From NCBI RefSeq assembly GCF_000143415.4, contig NW_003314285.1:1143370-1207369 (forward strand): DNA of 64,000 nucleotides, given 5' to 3'. Positions 1-12,887 of the stretch are shown here, piece after piece. The notes under the pieces were generated by a model, which was given only the letters and a program-made list of their open reading frames with translations, did no database searches and was not told the DNA's origin. Position 1 is the first letter of the stretch. Every line of letters begins with the position of its first letter. This stretch comes from Selaginella moellendorffii (taxonomy: Eukaryota > Plantae > Lycopodiophyta). The position numbers and the translations under genes were made by a program.

Positions 1-1519
1 TCTAGGACTAATCCAAGTTGCTTCGTGCTCTTGTCCCTTCATTCTTTGGGCTATATGTTTGAGAGTTGTTTCGTGCTCTAATGCCAATCTTCTTGGCTCT
101 ATGCTTGGGAGTTTAACACCATTCCTTCATTCAATGGCCTATGGCCTTGAAACTTGGGTTCTGCACTGCATATGGCACGTGGCAAGTGACACGTGGCACA
201 TGGAGGGTTTAGGTTCCACTTCCGTGGTTATCTTATGGTAAATCACTAGGATAAAGGGTAAAAACCATGTGCATATATTTGGTATTAGAGAATACGTCTT
301 AGTGAGTATTATTTAATAAGATTGGGCAACTAGTCTTGTTGCATATGTAGAGATGAAAATGATGATCCGAGTGGATACACATTTGGGTGCTAAGACTTTG
401 CATTGGTTCCTTGGGTATGGATTTGGTTACCTTTTTATACCGTAATAATGTGAGCGTGCTCTTGGGTATAAGAGGGACTGAGTTGGCAAGATGAATTTGA
501 GGTGTATTATTTTGCACAAGTTTATGCTTGGGCTTGTGAGAGAGGCACATTAGCAACTCAAGGTTACATTTTGAGTTGGTAGGGTTAATGTTAGCCTATC
601 AGTGGTTCCATGAGTTGTCCCTTGTACCATGGGTGAAAGTAAACCTCCTCTAGGTTTATTATAAGTGGTAAATAGGTTAATCCATAGTTGTTTAGCACAA
701 CACTAATGCATCCTTCTTAGGCATAATTACATGTGGATGAACCAAGAGTATAGGGATTAGTCTATTGGTTCAAGTAGTCATTGTTGTGCTCTCTCATAAA
801 CTTTTCTTAGATTGGACTGAAGGCAATGCAAACAAAAGCTTGAGGTTTAGTTAAAAGATAAGACCGAAAAGAGAGTTATTAAGGACGAAGGATCAAACAC
901 GTAAATCATTTTCTCTCCTTAGAGATATGATTTGCAACGAAGTGTGACTCATTGCTTGCATTCACAATATACAATCAAGAGTCTCTACTTTGATGCATGT
1001 TGGAAATGATGGTCTTGTAAATAATGAGTCATCAAATGGATAGCAATGAAGTGCTAAACCATTTTGTTTAAACTTGCTATTAGAAGACTTGGGTTACAAT
1101 ACTCAATTCTTTTCTCCTTGAGTAGCTTGGTGTTAGATTAGTTTTGAGTTTGGTTGAAAAGAGAATGACATGAGTTTATCCGTGTTGTGAACAAAAGTTA
1201 GTGGTGTTAGGTATTATAAATCTCTATTGGTGGGGTGTGGCATTTATGTTACATTTTGTCGAATAGAGTTGGCATTTGATACTCACATAAACCTTTGGAG
1301 TAACATGGGTGTTGCTCGTGGTGTTGCTCGATTGATGATCAAGTCATTGTGATTTTTATATCATATCCATGTGATAGTGAACAATGTGTTTACGAAGTTG
1401 CTTGGTTAAACAATGATCAGCCTCAAAGTGGTTGATGGTGAAGCTAGTCTACTTGCATGAAGTAGCATTGTAGTAGCTTTGACTGGATTTTCGATGGTGG
1501 TCCATTATGCTAAGTTTAA

Positions 1520-2017
1520 GTTGGTACTTTGTTTCTTGAGTTTGACTATTGAGGTGTTGGAAAAGTTATAGCATTCACTTGCTATAGCTTGTTGGTTTAT
1601 CCATTAATACTTGAAGTAGATTGTTGGACGGAGAAAATGTGTAATTAACGCATTGATATCACTAGCACTTGTGTTAGTGGAAATGGCATTTTTATTTTGT
1701 GTGATAAGGAATTTTTTTTAAATTTTGAATTTCCATATCATTTTTCTTGTTAGTGGTTTTGGCTTCACGTTGGTACTTTGTTTCTTGAGTTTGACTATTG
1801 AGGTGTTGGAAAAGTTATAGCATTCACTTGCTATAGCTTGTTGGTTTATCCATTAATACTTGAAGTAGATTGTTGGACGGAGAAAATGTGTAATTAACGC
1901 ATTGATATCACTAGCACTTGTGTTAGTGGAAATGGCATTTTTATTTTGTGTGATAAGGAATTTTTTTTAAATTTTGAATTTCCATATCATTTTTCTTGTT
2001 AGTGGTTTTGGCTTCAT
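1520..2017. repeat. 249-bp direct tandem duplication
   Basis: 1520-1768 is repeated essentially identically at 1769-2017, with GTTGG at the junctions. Confidence 0.9.
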
Positions 2018-3769
2018 GTTGGATCTTGAAGGTGGTTAAAAAAGAGTGTTAGTGCAATGTGGATATCCGAAAATGTGGTCTTCATGATCAAACCTAGGAT
2101 GTTTATTTTACCTTTTACAGATATCGATGTTAGATGTTGGATATATAGGCAAAGATGTTCGATGCTTAAACATGTTGTTGGATCATGAAAATTTGTGTTG
2201 AGGTGAGCCTATTTGAAGTTATAGGTAGAAGGAAGTTAGTTGAGTCTTGAAAATTTGTATTCTTAAACTAAGAGTCATTCTTTCTCTAGGATGGAAAATT
2301 TTCTATAAATTTTCTTAAACTTTTCCAATGGCTGATCTATTGATTATTTTGCCCAAAAACCATTCCGTTTTCATAAGCCAATACAAACTAATGCAAGGGT
2401 TGGAGTTGACTTCAGTTGGCTTAGATCTTAGTAAGTAGTTTGTATGATGCAGCCTGAAAGGGATGTTAATTTTTGGAGCTAAAACAATTGAGTTGGATAG
2501 AATCTAGAGTTGGTGTGGAAAAGTGGCTATTGCACTTTTCTAAGAAAGGTGACCCTTGTGCCTTTTTTTTTATAGTTTGTGCTTAGTGGCAAGTTGCACC
2601 TTGCATTTCGTTAAGACTCTATGAGAGTAGTGAGCTCTCACTAATCTTGACTTGGTCTTGGTGGCCTTGTGCCTTGGCTGAGGATAGTGATGTCTAACTT
2701 AGTTGTTTGAGTTTAAAATGTTAATACCTGTACTATAGCTTTGTTTGTGAGGAGGTTGTGTACCAATATGAGTTTATCTCATGGTTTTCACTTTAGTTTC
2801 GGCTAAATGTTGATTATGCATAGCTAGCCTCTTCAAGGCATGCTCAGAGCTAATGGCTAAATGCATTAGTGAACTTATTGTAGTTGAGTTGGATTCGAGC
2901 AGTCATTTAGTTCGTGCTTGTCCATGAACCTTTATCTCATGTCTGGGGTATTATGTTCATGTTGAACAAGTATACGGCTCAATGACATAAGTTTAGTGTT
3001 GGTCTTGTGAAGATAAGTTGAAAGGTGATTGTTAGTTACTTTATGACTAATGATTGTTTATAGACTTTGTCAAGGACTTTTGACACTTGCTTCACTCAAT
3101 GAAGATTTAGCAGTGATGGGCTTGCTTTACTAAATAGTGTTGTGGAGGATAGTGTCATTAGACTTACATGGGTTTTCTATGTTGGCTTATTGACTCTACC
3201 TTTGTCAATATCATTTGGTTGTGTTTAGTTCATAGTGTTGGATTTTATTGAGTCTTGGATGTGGTAATTCACTCATTGAAAAAGTGTTATCTGTAGCTGA
3301 GTATTGTTGAAGAACTTGTCTCAAGTACTGAGTAAAGTATCTTCGACCTTGGTTAGCTTAGTTGCTAAAGAGTTTTGGGTGGTGATTCACTTTTGCTTTC
3401 TTTTAACTTTGTTCTGGTGTTGATAACATTGAAGTGATGCCTTGTTGTTGACATTGTAATTGTTGAGATTCAAGTGAAATGAAATGTCTCTTCTTAGGAT
3501 TGATATTAAGTTTCATTAGTCTTGATGAAGATAGTGTTAATGATTTGGCTATGGCTTTGTGTTATTAGCATTTGTGCATTTGGTAGTTAACAACTATGTC
3601 GGCATTTAAACAAGCTGAGTGGCAAGTTTAAGTTGTGTTCAAAACGAGATTATTTACTAAGGGTTGAGCTTTGGCTTTTTCTTGAAAAGTGATTTAATCA
3701 TGGACTATGCTAGCGTTATGAGAGAAAGAGTTAGTGATTGGTATTGAAGTGATTGAATCTGTGAGACAC

Positions 3770-6700
3770 AAAATCCCTAGGCCCCAAAGTGGAGCCGGAA
3801 AGGGTGCCACGTGGTAGTGGCCGAAGCGAAAGCCCAAACGAGTGTAACACGTTTGGACTAAAAGCTCTGACTTTGAAGGTCGAGAGTGGGAGTGGAACTC
3901 CCAACAAAGTGCTCAAGGAGCGAGCACGAAGCAAGCAATAAGCAAGGCTCCAAAAAGGGACCCAAAAAGGACCAACACATGACACGTGGAAGTGTTCGAG
4001 ATGGAGTCTGAGGCGGACCCTAGTTGGAGTCTGAGATGGACCCGAAGTGGAGTCCGATATGGAGTCCGAAGTGGAGTCCGAGATGGAGTCCGAGGCAAAC
4101 CCTAGTTGGAGTCCGAGATGGACCCGAAGTGGAGTCCGATATGGAGTCCGAAGTGGAGTCCGAGGTGGACCGAGACGGAGTCCGAGATGGACCCGAGATG
4201 GAGTCCGAGATGGACCCGAGATGGAGTCCGAGATGGAGTTCGAGATGGAGTCCGAGGTGGACCGAGACGGAGTCCGAGATGGACCCGAGATGGAGTCTGA
4301 GATGGACCGAGACGGAGTTCGAGATGGAGTCCGAGATGGACCGAGACGGAGTCCGAGATGGAGTCCGAGATGGAGTTCGAGAAGGACCCGAGATGGAGTC
4401 TGAGGTCGAGACCGAGACCGGGACCGAGACCGAGACCGAGACTGAGACCGGGACTGGGACCGAGACCGAGACCGAGGCCAAGGCTGAGACCGAGCCCGAG
4501 TCCGAGTCCGAGTCCGAGTCCGAGTCCGAGCCCGAGTCCGAGTCCGAGTCCAAGTCCGAGTCCGAGTTCGAGTTCGAGTCTGAGAGGGTGAAAGCCCAAA
4601 GCGTTCGTCTCCCATACCCTGGGGGGTTTGGTGAGCTCCAAAAGTATAGTAAGGGGGAGGACTGCAGTGGAGCCAGTTTGGCCAGGAAAGGCCAGTTTGG
4701 CCCAGGAAGGCCAGACCCAGTGTTGGGTGATGAACTGACCATTGGGAAGTCCAAGACTAGAGTGAATACAGACCGACAAGCAGGGTAGCTTGGTGAAGTG
4801 TTCAAGAGCCGCCTCTAGTTCCCCCGAGAGATCGACTGGCTGATGCTCCCAATCCAAGTGTGGGTGGCACTACCTACTTGGATACCAGGCGTGGCTCAAC
4901 GGAACCTCGCTCTAAGCCCATGGCTAGAGCAGCTAAAGGCGAAAGGTGGGGAGAGTACCCAAGTGGCTCGCGTAAGGCCACGGTGTTTCGAAATGTTGTC
5001 CCAAAGGCCCCAGACTGTGGAAAGGAAGAGGAGCAGTCCTCTGGGGTAGTGACCAAGGACACAGTCGTGTGGTGAGGAAGTCCCAGAGGACCGTGGGACT
5101 TCATGGTCGGGCCTGTGGGCCTCGATCCAGTGGTAGTGTTGGTGAACACGGCCATGGGCAGGAAGGGACTTGGTGGGGACCAGAAAAGGGATATTGGGGA
5201 AGGCTATTCCCCACGTCTGTGGGCATCCTAAGGATGCTAAGGAGTGGATTTGGAATGATCACTCATGGACGGATGGTCCAGTCCTTGAGAGACGGGATTG
5301 TGATGCAGGTGGTGTTAGACCACCGGTATGACCAAGGTAAAGGGGCATGGCCTTAGTGTAATGGGCTAGTATGTTGGTGGTATCTTGGGGTGTCGGTCTT
5401 GGGACTGGACACATGGAGCACTTGAACTAAGTGCAAGGGATGAGTGGCATGGATGCCATTCTTGGGGCTAGCAAGCCCAAGTTTGAAATAGGACTTATGG
5501 AGGTTGTGAGTGAGACTCCTCCAATTGGTCGGAGGTGTGGTTAAGTGACTAAAGTAGAATGGAAAAATTAGTCGCTTACAACTTGGTATCAGAGCTGTTC
5601 CTTAGTCCGACTTTTATTGGTGCTCAAGTATATCACCATTGATGTTGGCATTGGAAGGTCCTAGGAGGGGGCCTATCCTTGAGGAGTAGCATGTTGAGAG
5701 GACATAGCTCTCCACTCAAGTTCATGCGTGAACTTGGGCACGATGTGGTGGATAGAAAAGGGCCAATAATAGAATGACTTTGGGATCTTGGGAATAGTAT
5801 AAGGTTTCCTCAGAGAGTTGAGGATGTGATCCAGATGAGCGTTTGACGCAGCAAACGGGCTAACGTAGTTGTGGTAAACAACTATAATTGGGATCACGGG
5901 AAAGATGTAGACTCCAAAATAATAAAGAAGTCACAAGATTACCCTCATATAGTTGAGGCCAGTGCTCATAACTTTGAGACTGGAATTGATGACCATGGGA
6001 GGTCAAATATAGGAGAGGACACAAGTCCTCGAAATGGTAGCTGAGGTTACCCTTGATAAATGCTGGAACAACCCAAGGAGTTGGGGATGTACTTAGAGGA
6101 TGAGTTGGTATTCTCATCACATGGACAAGTGGTCCTAAGAGGCAAAAGGTTGCCCCAAGAGAACAAATCAAGTGTCGGAGTAACACTTGCAAAGATGGTC
6201 CTTGTGAGTAGGACCTGAATACAAGAAGTTGTATTCCAGTGAGCTGGCACCTCAAAGGTAGGACATCATGGGTCCTCGGATGACAAAGTCCAAAAAGCTG
6301 GATGACTCCAATAGAGTCAAAGAATAATCCTAAAGGATTGATGGAAGCATTTGGACTGAGTGGTACCCCACGAAGGATGGGGGGGATCATAGGATCCAAG
6401 GATGAGAACAGAGGGTATCTCATCGATGGCAAAATGTGCCATGCTAAAGTCGTGGGAAGGGTGTTCCCAAAAGAAAACAACTTTGAAACAAAGTTGTGTG
6501 TGACCTCTATGGTGCAGTGCTAACGGATGGTTAGTATGAGAAAGAGTGGTATTAGTCTTGGCAAAGACTTAGACACAAAGAAGAAGTGTCATAAAGGTAG
6601 GCTTGTGGAGCCGATGGTGTGGAGACACCAAATGTGCCAAGGTGTGATACCTTGAGGTTATGTTGGTGGGTTCATGAGAACCCCTTGCCAAAGGAATCCC

Positions 6701-9700
6701 AATGGAAATGGGAATGGCATAGCCTAAGTTGCAGAGCATGTAGTTGGAGTGTGGTGACCTAGATAATGATAGAGGTGTGGAAGCACCAGCAATGAGTTGT
6801 AGGACTTGACAACTATGAGGCAACTAAGCAAGAGGTGCAAAATAATTGGTTAAACGGGTAGAAGGTAGCTACCCAAGCCTTCTTAATGGCATAAGGAAGT
6901 TGGATATACCCTTACGGGGGATAAGTTGCTTATGTTGCGATATGGTAAGTCAATGTCATGAAAGGAAATACTCATTGTCAAGGAAGCCGTCATTGGGACA
7001 CCAGAACACTCTAAAACACCAGGAGGTGGTGTTTGATGTTGCGAGAGCAATAGATAAGGCCCAAGGGACTAAGTCCCTAGCGAATGATGGATAGAAGGTG
7101 CTATCCAAATGTCCAAGGTGGCGGAGACAGGAGAAGACTGTCTACTTGAATTAGACAAAGCCAAAAATGGAATTTTGGCAAGGCTAGCGATGGGCATGTA
7201 AAGGCCCATAAGCAACAACGTAATCTCGGTGTGTAGGATTATAGGGTGAGCATACCTGGATTGAGGAACCACTCCCTAGGATATCGGGTAGGTTCATCCC
7301 TAAGAATACTTGCTAAGGCATAATAGAAAGTGCAAAGCTATCCTCCTAATCGGGAGGAGAAGGACCGAAGGAAAGGTGTGAAGCCAAAAGCAAGTAGTAA
7401 GGGGATAGAACCAAACTGTAGGAATCGAAGGGCGTAACCAAGGGTAGTTATGCCAGTTGATCAAGGGCTTTCACGCTTGTGCAGGAACCATGTTACAGTG
7501 GTCGGAAGATTTGCCAAGTGAGATTGGCAAGTCAGGGGAACAAATACCCTAGTTGAAAGTGATAACTTCAAAAGGGGTGGGCCATGGGGCCAAGCATGGA
7601 GGAGTCCATGCATGATCACAGACTTGTCAAGTGAGAGGACTTGGCAGTGTGGAGGAACTAGGTTCCTAAACTGTGATCTATAGCGCGCTTTGAGTAAAAG
7701 TTGGTGCACTGGCGTGGAGAGTCACGCCAGGCATCCTGGGGGATGCCGTCCGTAGATGCATATACGAAGGTTGGGTTCGAGGCCCGACCCTCTAGTGCTT
7801 AAGTTCGAGTCCCAACTCACTAGGGCGTGGTGATGGTTTGGAATATGAGGACACTCATTTTTNNNNNNNNNNNNNNNNNNNNNNNNNNNNNNNNNNNNNN
7901 NNNNNNNNNNNNNNNNNNNNNNNNNNNNNNNNNNNNNNNNNNNNNNNNNNNNNNNNNNNNNNNNNNNNNNNNNNNNNNNNNNNNNNNNNNNNGCAAAAGG
8001 CACCAAGGACGTGGTGAATGAGATGGGGACACCCAGTCTCAGTTGTTATGGATCCTTGGCCGGAAGGGCTAGCTTGGGTGCACCGCCAAGTGTGGGGGAT
8101 GCCCCCGGGGTCATAGTCAACAACTTAGTAAGGTTTGGAAGACCTAATTCCTATTGGTAGACCTATTAAGGGGTCAAGATGAGATCACTAGATGACCTTA
8201 TGGCTAAACAAGGACAAGGTCTTTGTTTGGATTAAGGAATATGATTCCTAGTTCAAAGTGTTGATTTGAACTATTGATAAAGGTGTGGCTTGGTTAAGGT
8301 GACTAAGTGGGAAGGACACCTAAGGGAAATGAACTACTACAATACAATGGTATTATGAGTTCAAGAAAATAGTTTCCAGAGACAGGCCCATGGGTGGGTC
8401 ACAAGGTTGGGCTAGGAAGAGAGCCTAGAACAGTGGGGAGACTTATTAGGGGTGAACACCCTAGTCTGGGCAAAGCAAATCCTTTGCTATGGAACCAAAA
8501 GAATACCTTAAGGAGGGAGGTAATGATCCTATGTTGCTTGGTGCAACAATCCAAGGATAGGAGCAAAAGATGAGTGCCTAAGATAGGGCCGTGGAATCCA
8601 TTGGAAAGAATCCAAGTGGCAAAGTTAGCCAAGGAACACTAATGTATTTGATGCTAATGGATTGCGGAAAAAGAAGTGGACTTCCAAGGATGGATTCCCA
8701 AGTGCACCAATTTGGCAAAGGAAAGGCTCCAAGTGAGGGAGCAACTAAGTAGCCAAAAGATAGGGCCATGGACAGCCCTAGCACAAATAATGATAAATGG
8801 AACGTAATGCCAATCGTGGCACAAAAATAGAAAAGAGGATGAGGGTGCCCTCGAGTAGAGAACTTCCTAGGAGGGGAAATGGAGTTGCACAAAATGTACA
8901 AGGCAAGGTGTCAGAGACACCTAGGAAATTGACTCCAAAAAGTCAAGAGTAAACGTTCCAAAGTGCAAAGGTAGATCAATGGAATCTGTGACTACTCAAG
9001 AATGAGTAGTGGAATTGAGTTAGAGAGGGTGTCTCTAACGGGTTTAGCGAGAACTGAACCAATAAAAAGGAGCAAACCACCCCAGGTGGTCAAGTGAGTC
9101 TCTAAGTTGGAGAGACTATCCTCCTTAGAGGATGGGCAAGGCATGGTGAGCCTTTGGTGTCGAACCATTGACGAATATGGAGAAGGCATGGTGAGCCTTC
9201 AATGTCAAACCATTGACAAATATTGGCTAGGGACCAAGGATGGAAATGGTAACACATGCGGGTGTTACTTTATAAAATGGTTTACCGTTTGATGAGGACA
9301 TCGAACTTCGTCTATGGGTGGTGGAGTTGTGAGACACAAAATCCCTAGGCCCCAAAGTGGAGCCAGAAAGGGTGCCACGTGGTAGTGGCCGAAGCGAAAG
9401 CCCAAACGAGTGTAACACGTTTGGACTAAAAGCTCTGACTTGGAAGGTCGAGAGCGGGAGTGGAACTCCCAACAAAGTGCTTAAGGAGCGAGCACGAAGC
9501 GAGCAATAAGCAAGGCTCCAAAAAGGGACCCAAAAAGGACCAACACATGACACGTGGAAGTGTCCGAGATGGAGTCCGAGGCGGACCCTAGTTGGAGTCC
9601 GAGATGGACCCGAAGTGGAGTCCGATATGGAGTCTGAAGTGGAGTCCGAGATGGAGTCCGAGGCAGACCCTAGTTGGAGTCCGAGATGGACCCAAAGTGG

Positions 9701-9954
9701 AGTCCGATATGGAGTCCGAAGTGGAGTCCGAGGTGGACCGAGACGGAGTCCGAGATGGACCCGAGATGGAGTCCGAGATGGAGTCCGAGATGGAGTCTGA
9801 GGTGGACCGAGACGGAGTCCGAGATGGACCCGAGATGGAGTCCGAGATGGACCGAGACGGAGTCCGAGATGGAGTCCGAGATGGACCAACACGGAGTCCG
9901 AGATGGAGTCCGAGAAGGACCCAAGATGGAGTCCGAGGTCGAGACCGAGACCGG

Positions 9955-9989
<35 letters not shown>

Positions 9990-11142
9990 GGACCAAGACC
10001 GAGACCGGGACCAAGACCGAGACCGAGACCGAGGCCAAGGCTGAGACCGAGCCTGAGTCCGAGTCCGAGTCTGAGTCGGAGTCCAAGTCGGAGTCCAAGT
10101 TCGAGTCCGAGTCCAAGTCCGAGTCCGAGTTTGAGTTCGAGTCTGAGAGGGTGAAAGCCCAAAGCGTTCGTCTCCCATACCCTGGGGGGTTTGGTGAGCT
10201 CCAAAAGTATAGTAAGGGGGAGGACTGCAGTGGAGCCAGTTTGGCCAGGAAAGGCCAGTTTGGCCCAGGAAGGCCAGACCCAGTGTTGGGTGATGAACTG
10301 ACCACTGGGAAGTCCAAGACTAGAGTGAATACGGACCGACAAGCGGGGTAGCTTGGTGAAGTGTTCAAGAGCCGGCTCTAGTTCCCCCGGGAGATCGACT
10401 GACCGATGCTCCCAGTCCAAGTGTGGGTGGCACTACCTACTTGGATACCAGGCGTGGCTCAACGGAACCTCGCTCTAAGCCCATGGCTAGAGTAGCTAAA
10501 GGCAAAAGGTGGGGAGAGTACCCAGGTGGCTCGCGTAAGGCCACGGTGTTCTGAAATGTTGTCCCAAAGGCCCAGACTGTGGAAAGGAAGAGGAGCAGTC
10601 CTCTGGGGTAGTGACCAAGGACACAGTCGTGTGGTGAGGAAGTCCCAGAGGACCGTGGGACTTCGTGGTCGGGCCTGTGGGCCTCGATCCAGTGGTAGTG
10701 TTGGTGAACACGGCCATGGGCAGGAAAGGACTTGGTGGGGACCAGAAAAGGGATATTGGGGAAGGCTATTCCCCACGTCTGCGGGCATCCTAAGGATGCT
10801 AAGGAGTGGATCTGGAATGATCACTCATGGACGGATGGTCCAGTCCTTGAGAGACGGGATTGTGATGTAGGTGGTGTTAGACCACTGGTATGACCAAGGT
10901 AAAGGGGCATGGCCTTAGCGTAACGGGCTAGTATGTCGGTGGTACCTTGGGGTGTCGGTCTTGGGACCGGACATGTGGAGCATTTGGACTAAGTGCAAGG
11001 GATGAGTGGCATGGATGCCATTCTTGGGGCTAGCAAGCCCAAGTTTGAAATAGGACTTATGGAGGTTGTGAGTGAGACTCCTCCAATTGGTCGGAGGTGT
11101 GGTTAAGTGACTAAAGTAGAATGGAAAAATTAGTCGCTTACA
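3770..11142 (+). mobile_element. LARD-A copy 1: non-autonomous LTR element with ~1.8-kb LTRs
   Basis: LTRs 3770-5580 and 9328-11142 (TGTGAG...CTTACA). PBS TGGTATCAGAGC at 5584-5595. PPT GGGTGGTGGAGT before 9328. TSD GAATC at 3765-3769 and 11143-11147. No recognisable gag/pol ORF. Confidence 0.93.
3995..4585. repeat. LTR-internal minisatellite (GATGGAGTCCGA / GATGGACCCGA / GACCGA / GTCCGA units)
   Basis: Directly visible. Homologous arrays of different length at ~9560-10145, ~22680-23107 and ~34735-35140. Confidence 0.9.
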
Positions 11143-12887
11143 GAATCCTTATTAGATTTCAGTTGAGATGTATTGATCATTGATGATTTTTCTTGTACTT
11201 GTTATTTAATGAGTTATGTCCTGCTATAGATAGATTCATGGAGGATCGTTTAGTGATCACTTATTGAGCATAACTCCATTGTGTTTAGCTTTTGGATTGA
11301 TGCAGATGTGCTCTTCATTAGCTTTGCATTATGAAGTTTAGTTTATAGATGTGTTGAGGAGGCTATTATGGATTGTGCCATGATTCCTTCTTTAACATTG
11401 AAATTAGTTTATGCAAGACTTGTGATCATTATTAGGCAAAACTTAGCTATGGGCTTCTTTGAACTTTTGGTTTCTTGAGTTTTTATGCTTGTGGTCTATT
11501 TGTTAGAAGTTGTTAAGGAAGGCATTTTGGCTCATTAGTTTTGGTGTTGAAGTTAGCTTTTGCATCTAGCAATTATTGGTGATTATTGACTATCATCTAG
11601 GATAGTTGATTATCCTTGTCAAAGGATTTACTTGATTGTTGTTGATATAAAATGATTTGCCATTCTTCGGAATGGTGAATTCCTTTGTTGATGATGATTA
11701 TGCCTCTCTTTGGACGGGATGATTGAAGATCTTTCATGATGGTTAGTTTTTCTCTTTGATGGCTTTTGGCTTTTGGCATGACCACATATTCTTTTGTGGT
11801 TTGCTTTAGATTGGTCTCTTGGGTTTGAGTTATCGATAAGATGTTGCTAACACTTGATTAAGCAACTTGAGTTCCTTCGTATTATTAACTGGAATCTATT
11901 CAGATTGTTTAGTGCAATGGTTGGCATGAATGAGTGTTTTTTTGCTTTGCAATATTCATTCTATTCTGTTAACTATTGTTATAATTGCTTCTGATAAGTT
12001 GGATGTTATTTCCTTTGGGTGATACATTCGCGAGCATCTTGCTTGCCAGTCAATGATACTTGGTGTTCTTTGAGTTATCTTTGGTAAGTTGTTTGGCATA
12101 CTTTCTACAATTTTTGATAGTTAAGTATTTTTATTGAGTTTTCTTAATGATACACTTGCTATTGAATTTTGTTGGATAATGAATCCTATGTTTCCAAAAA
12201 TGATGATCTTGGTGGTTCCTATACTAAAATACTGGTTTATCAGATGATAACTTACTTGGAATACTTTTGTGTTTTAATCTAAGATTTATTCACTGATAAT
12301 TACATCTTTAAGATATCATTGTCTATGACTTTGATATTGTCCATTTATTGATTTTTGAGTTTGGGCCAGTATAGGCAAACTAGTTTTGGCACTTTGTGTG
12401 CATGGTGAAAATCTTTAGTCATGGGATAGCTACTGTCAACTGGTCACATCACCCACTTATCTGTCAATGTTCCTTATTCCGTTCCAAGGGCATGACCGTG
12501 TAAACAACTTTAACTACCTGTTTATAGTAATCTATCTAAACTTTACTGATGGGTTTAGTTTCTTTGCTCATGAGGGTTGGGGCCTCTTGTTTTTCTCTCT
12601 ATGTCTCTGTGGGCAGGGGCGTATCACACTTTTGTAAGTTGGGTGACACTTAGAGCAATAAGGGTGGCTAACTCTATTGATCATTTCCTTGTTGATGACG
12701 GCTGGAAGGTGTTTGAGTTGGTAGTGCATCTGTATTAGACAAAGAGGTTACCTTAACTCATTTAAGTTGGTGCATTTCTCACATAGTGTGATCATCATGA
12801 ACTTTTTCTAGAGTTATTTCCTTCCTAGTGGTCTAGACTCAAGTATGTATCGATGAGGACGTTGATTTTCCCTAAGGAGGGGAGAGT

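Noticed and set aside
4579-4604. Hammerhead-like CTGAGA-GGGT-GAAA-GCCC-AAA (retrozyme)
   Set aside because: It lacks the CUGANGA and GAAA core spacing, and the CTGA part is absent in the homologous LTRs.
3731-4857. Many overlapping low-complexity ORFs (SPRW, ESEM, GLGL, RTPS repeats); also at 9227-10420, 22375-23439, 34430-35434 and 36868-37432
   Set aside because: They arise from stop-free minisatellites inside LTRs that are open in several frames at once, so they are not called as genes.
280-12887. LARD-B as a Ty1/copia element
   Set aside because: No copia motifs are recognisable, and the GATGAGGAC..PPT tail and faint chromodomain-like traces fit gypsy ancestry better.
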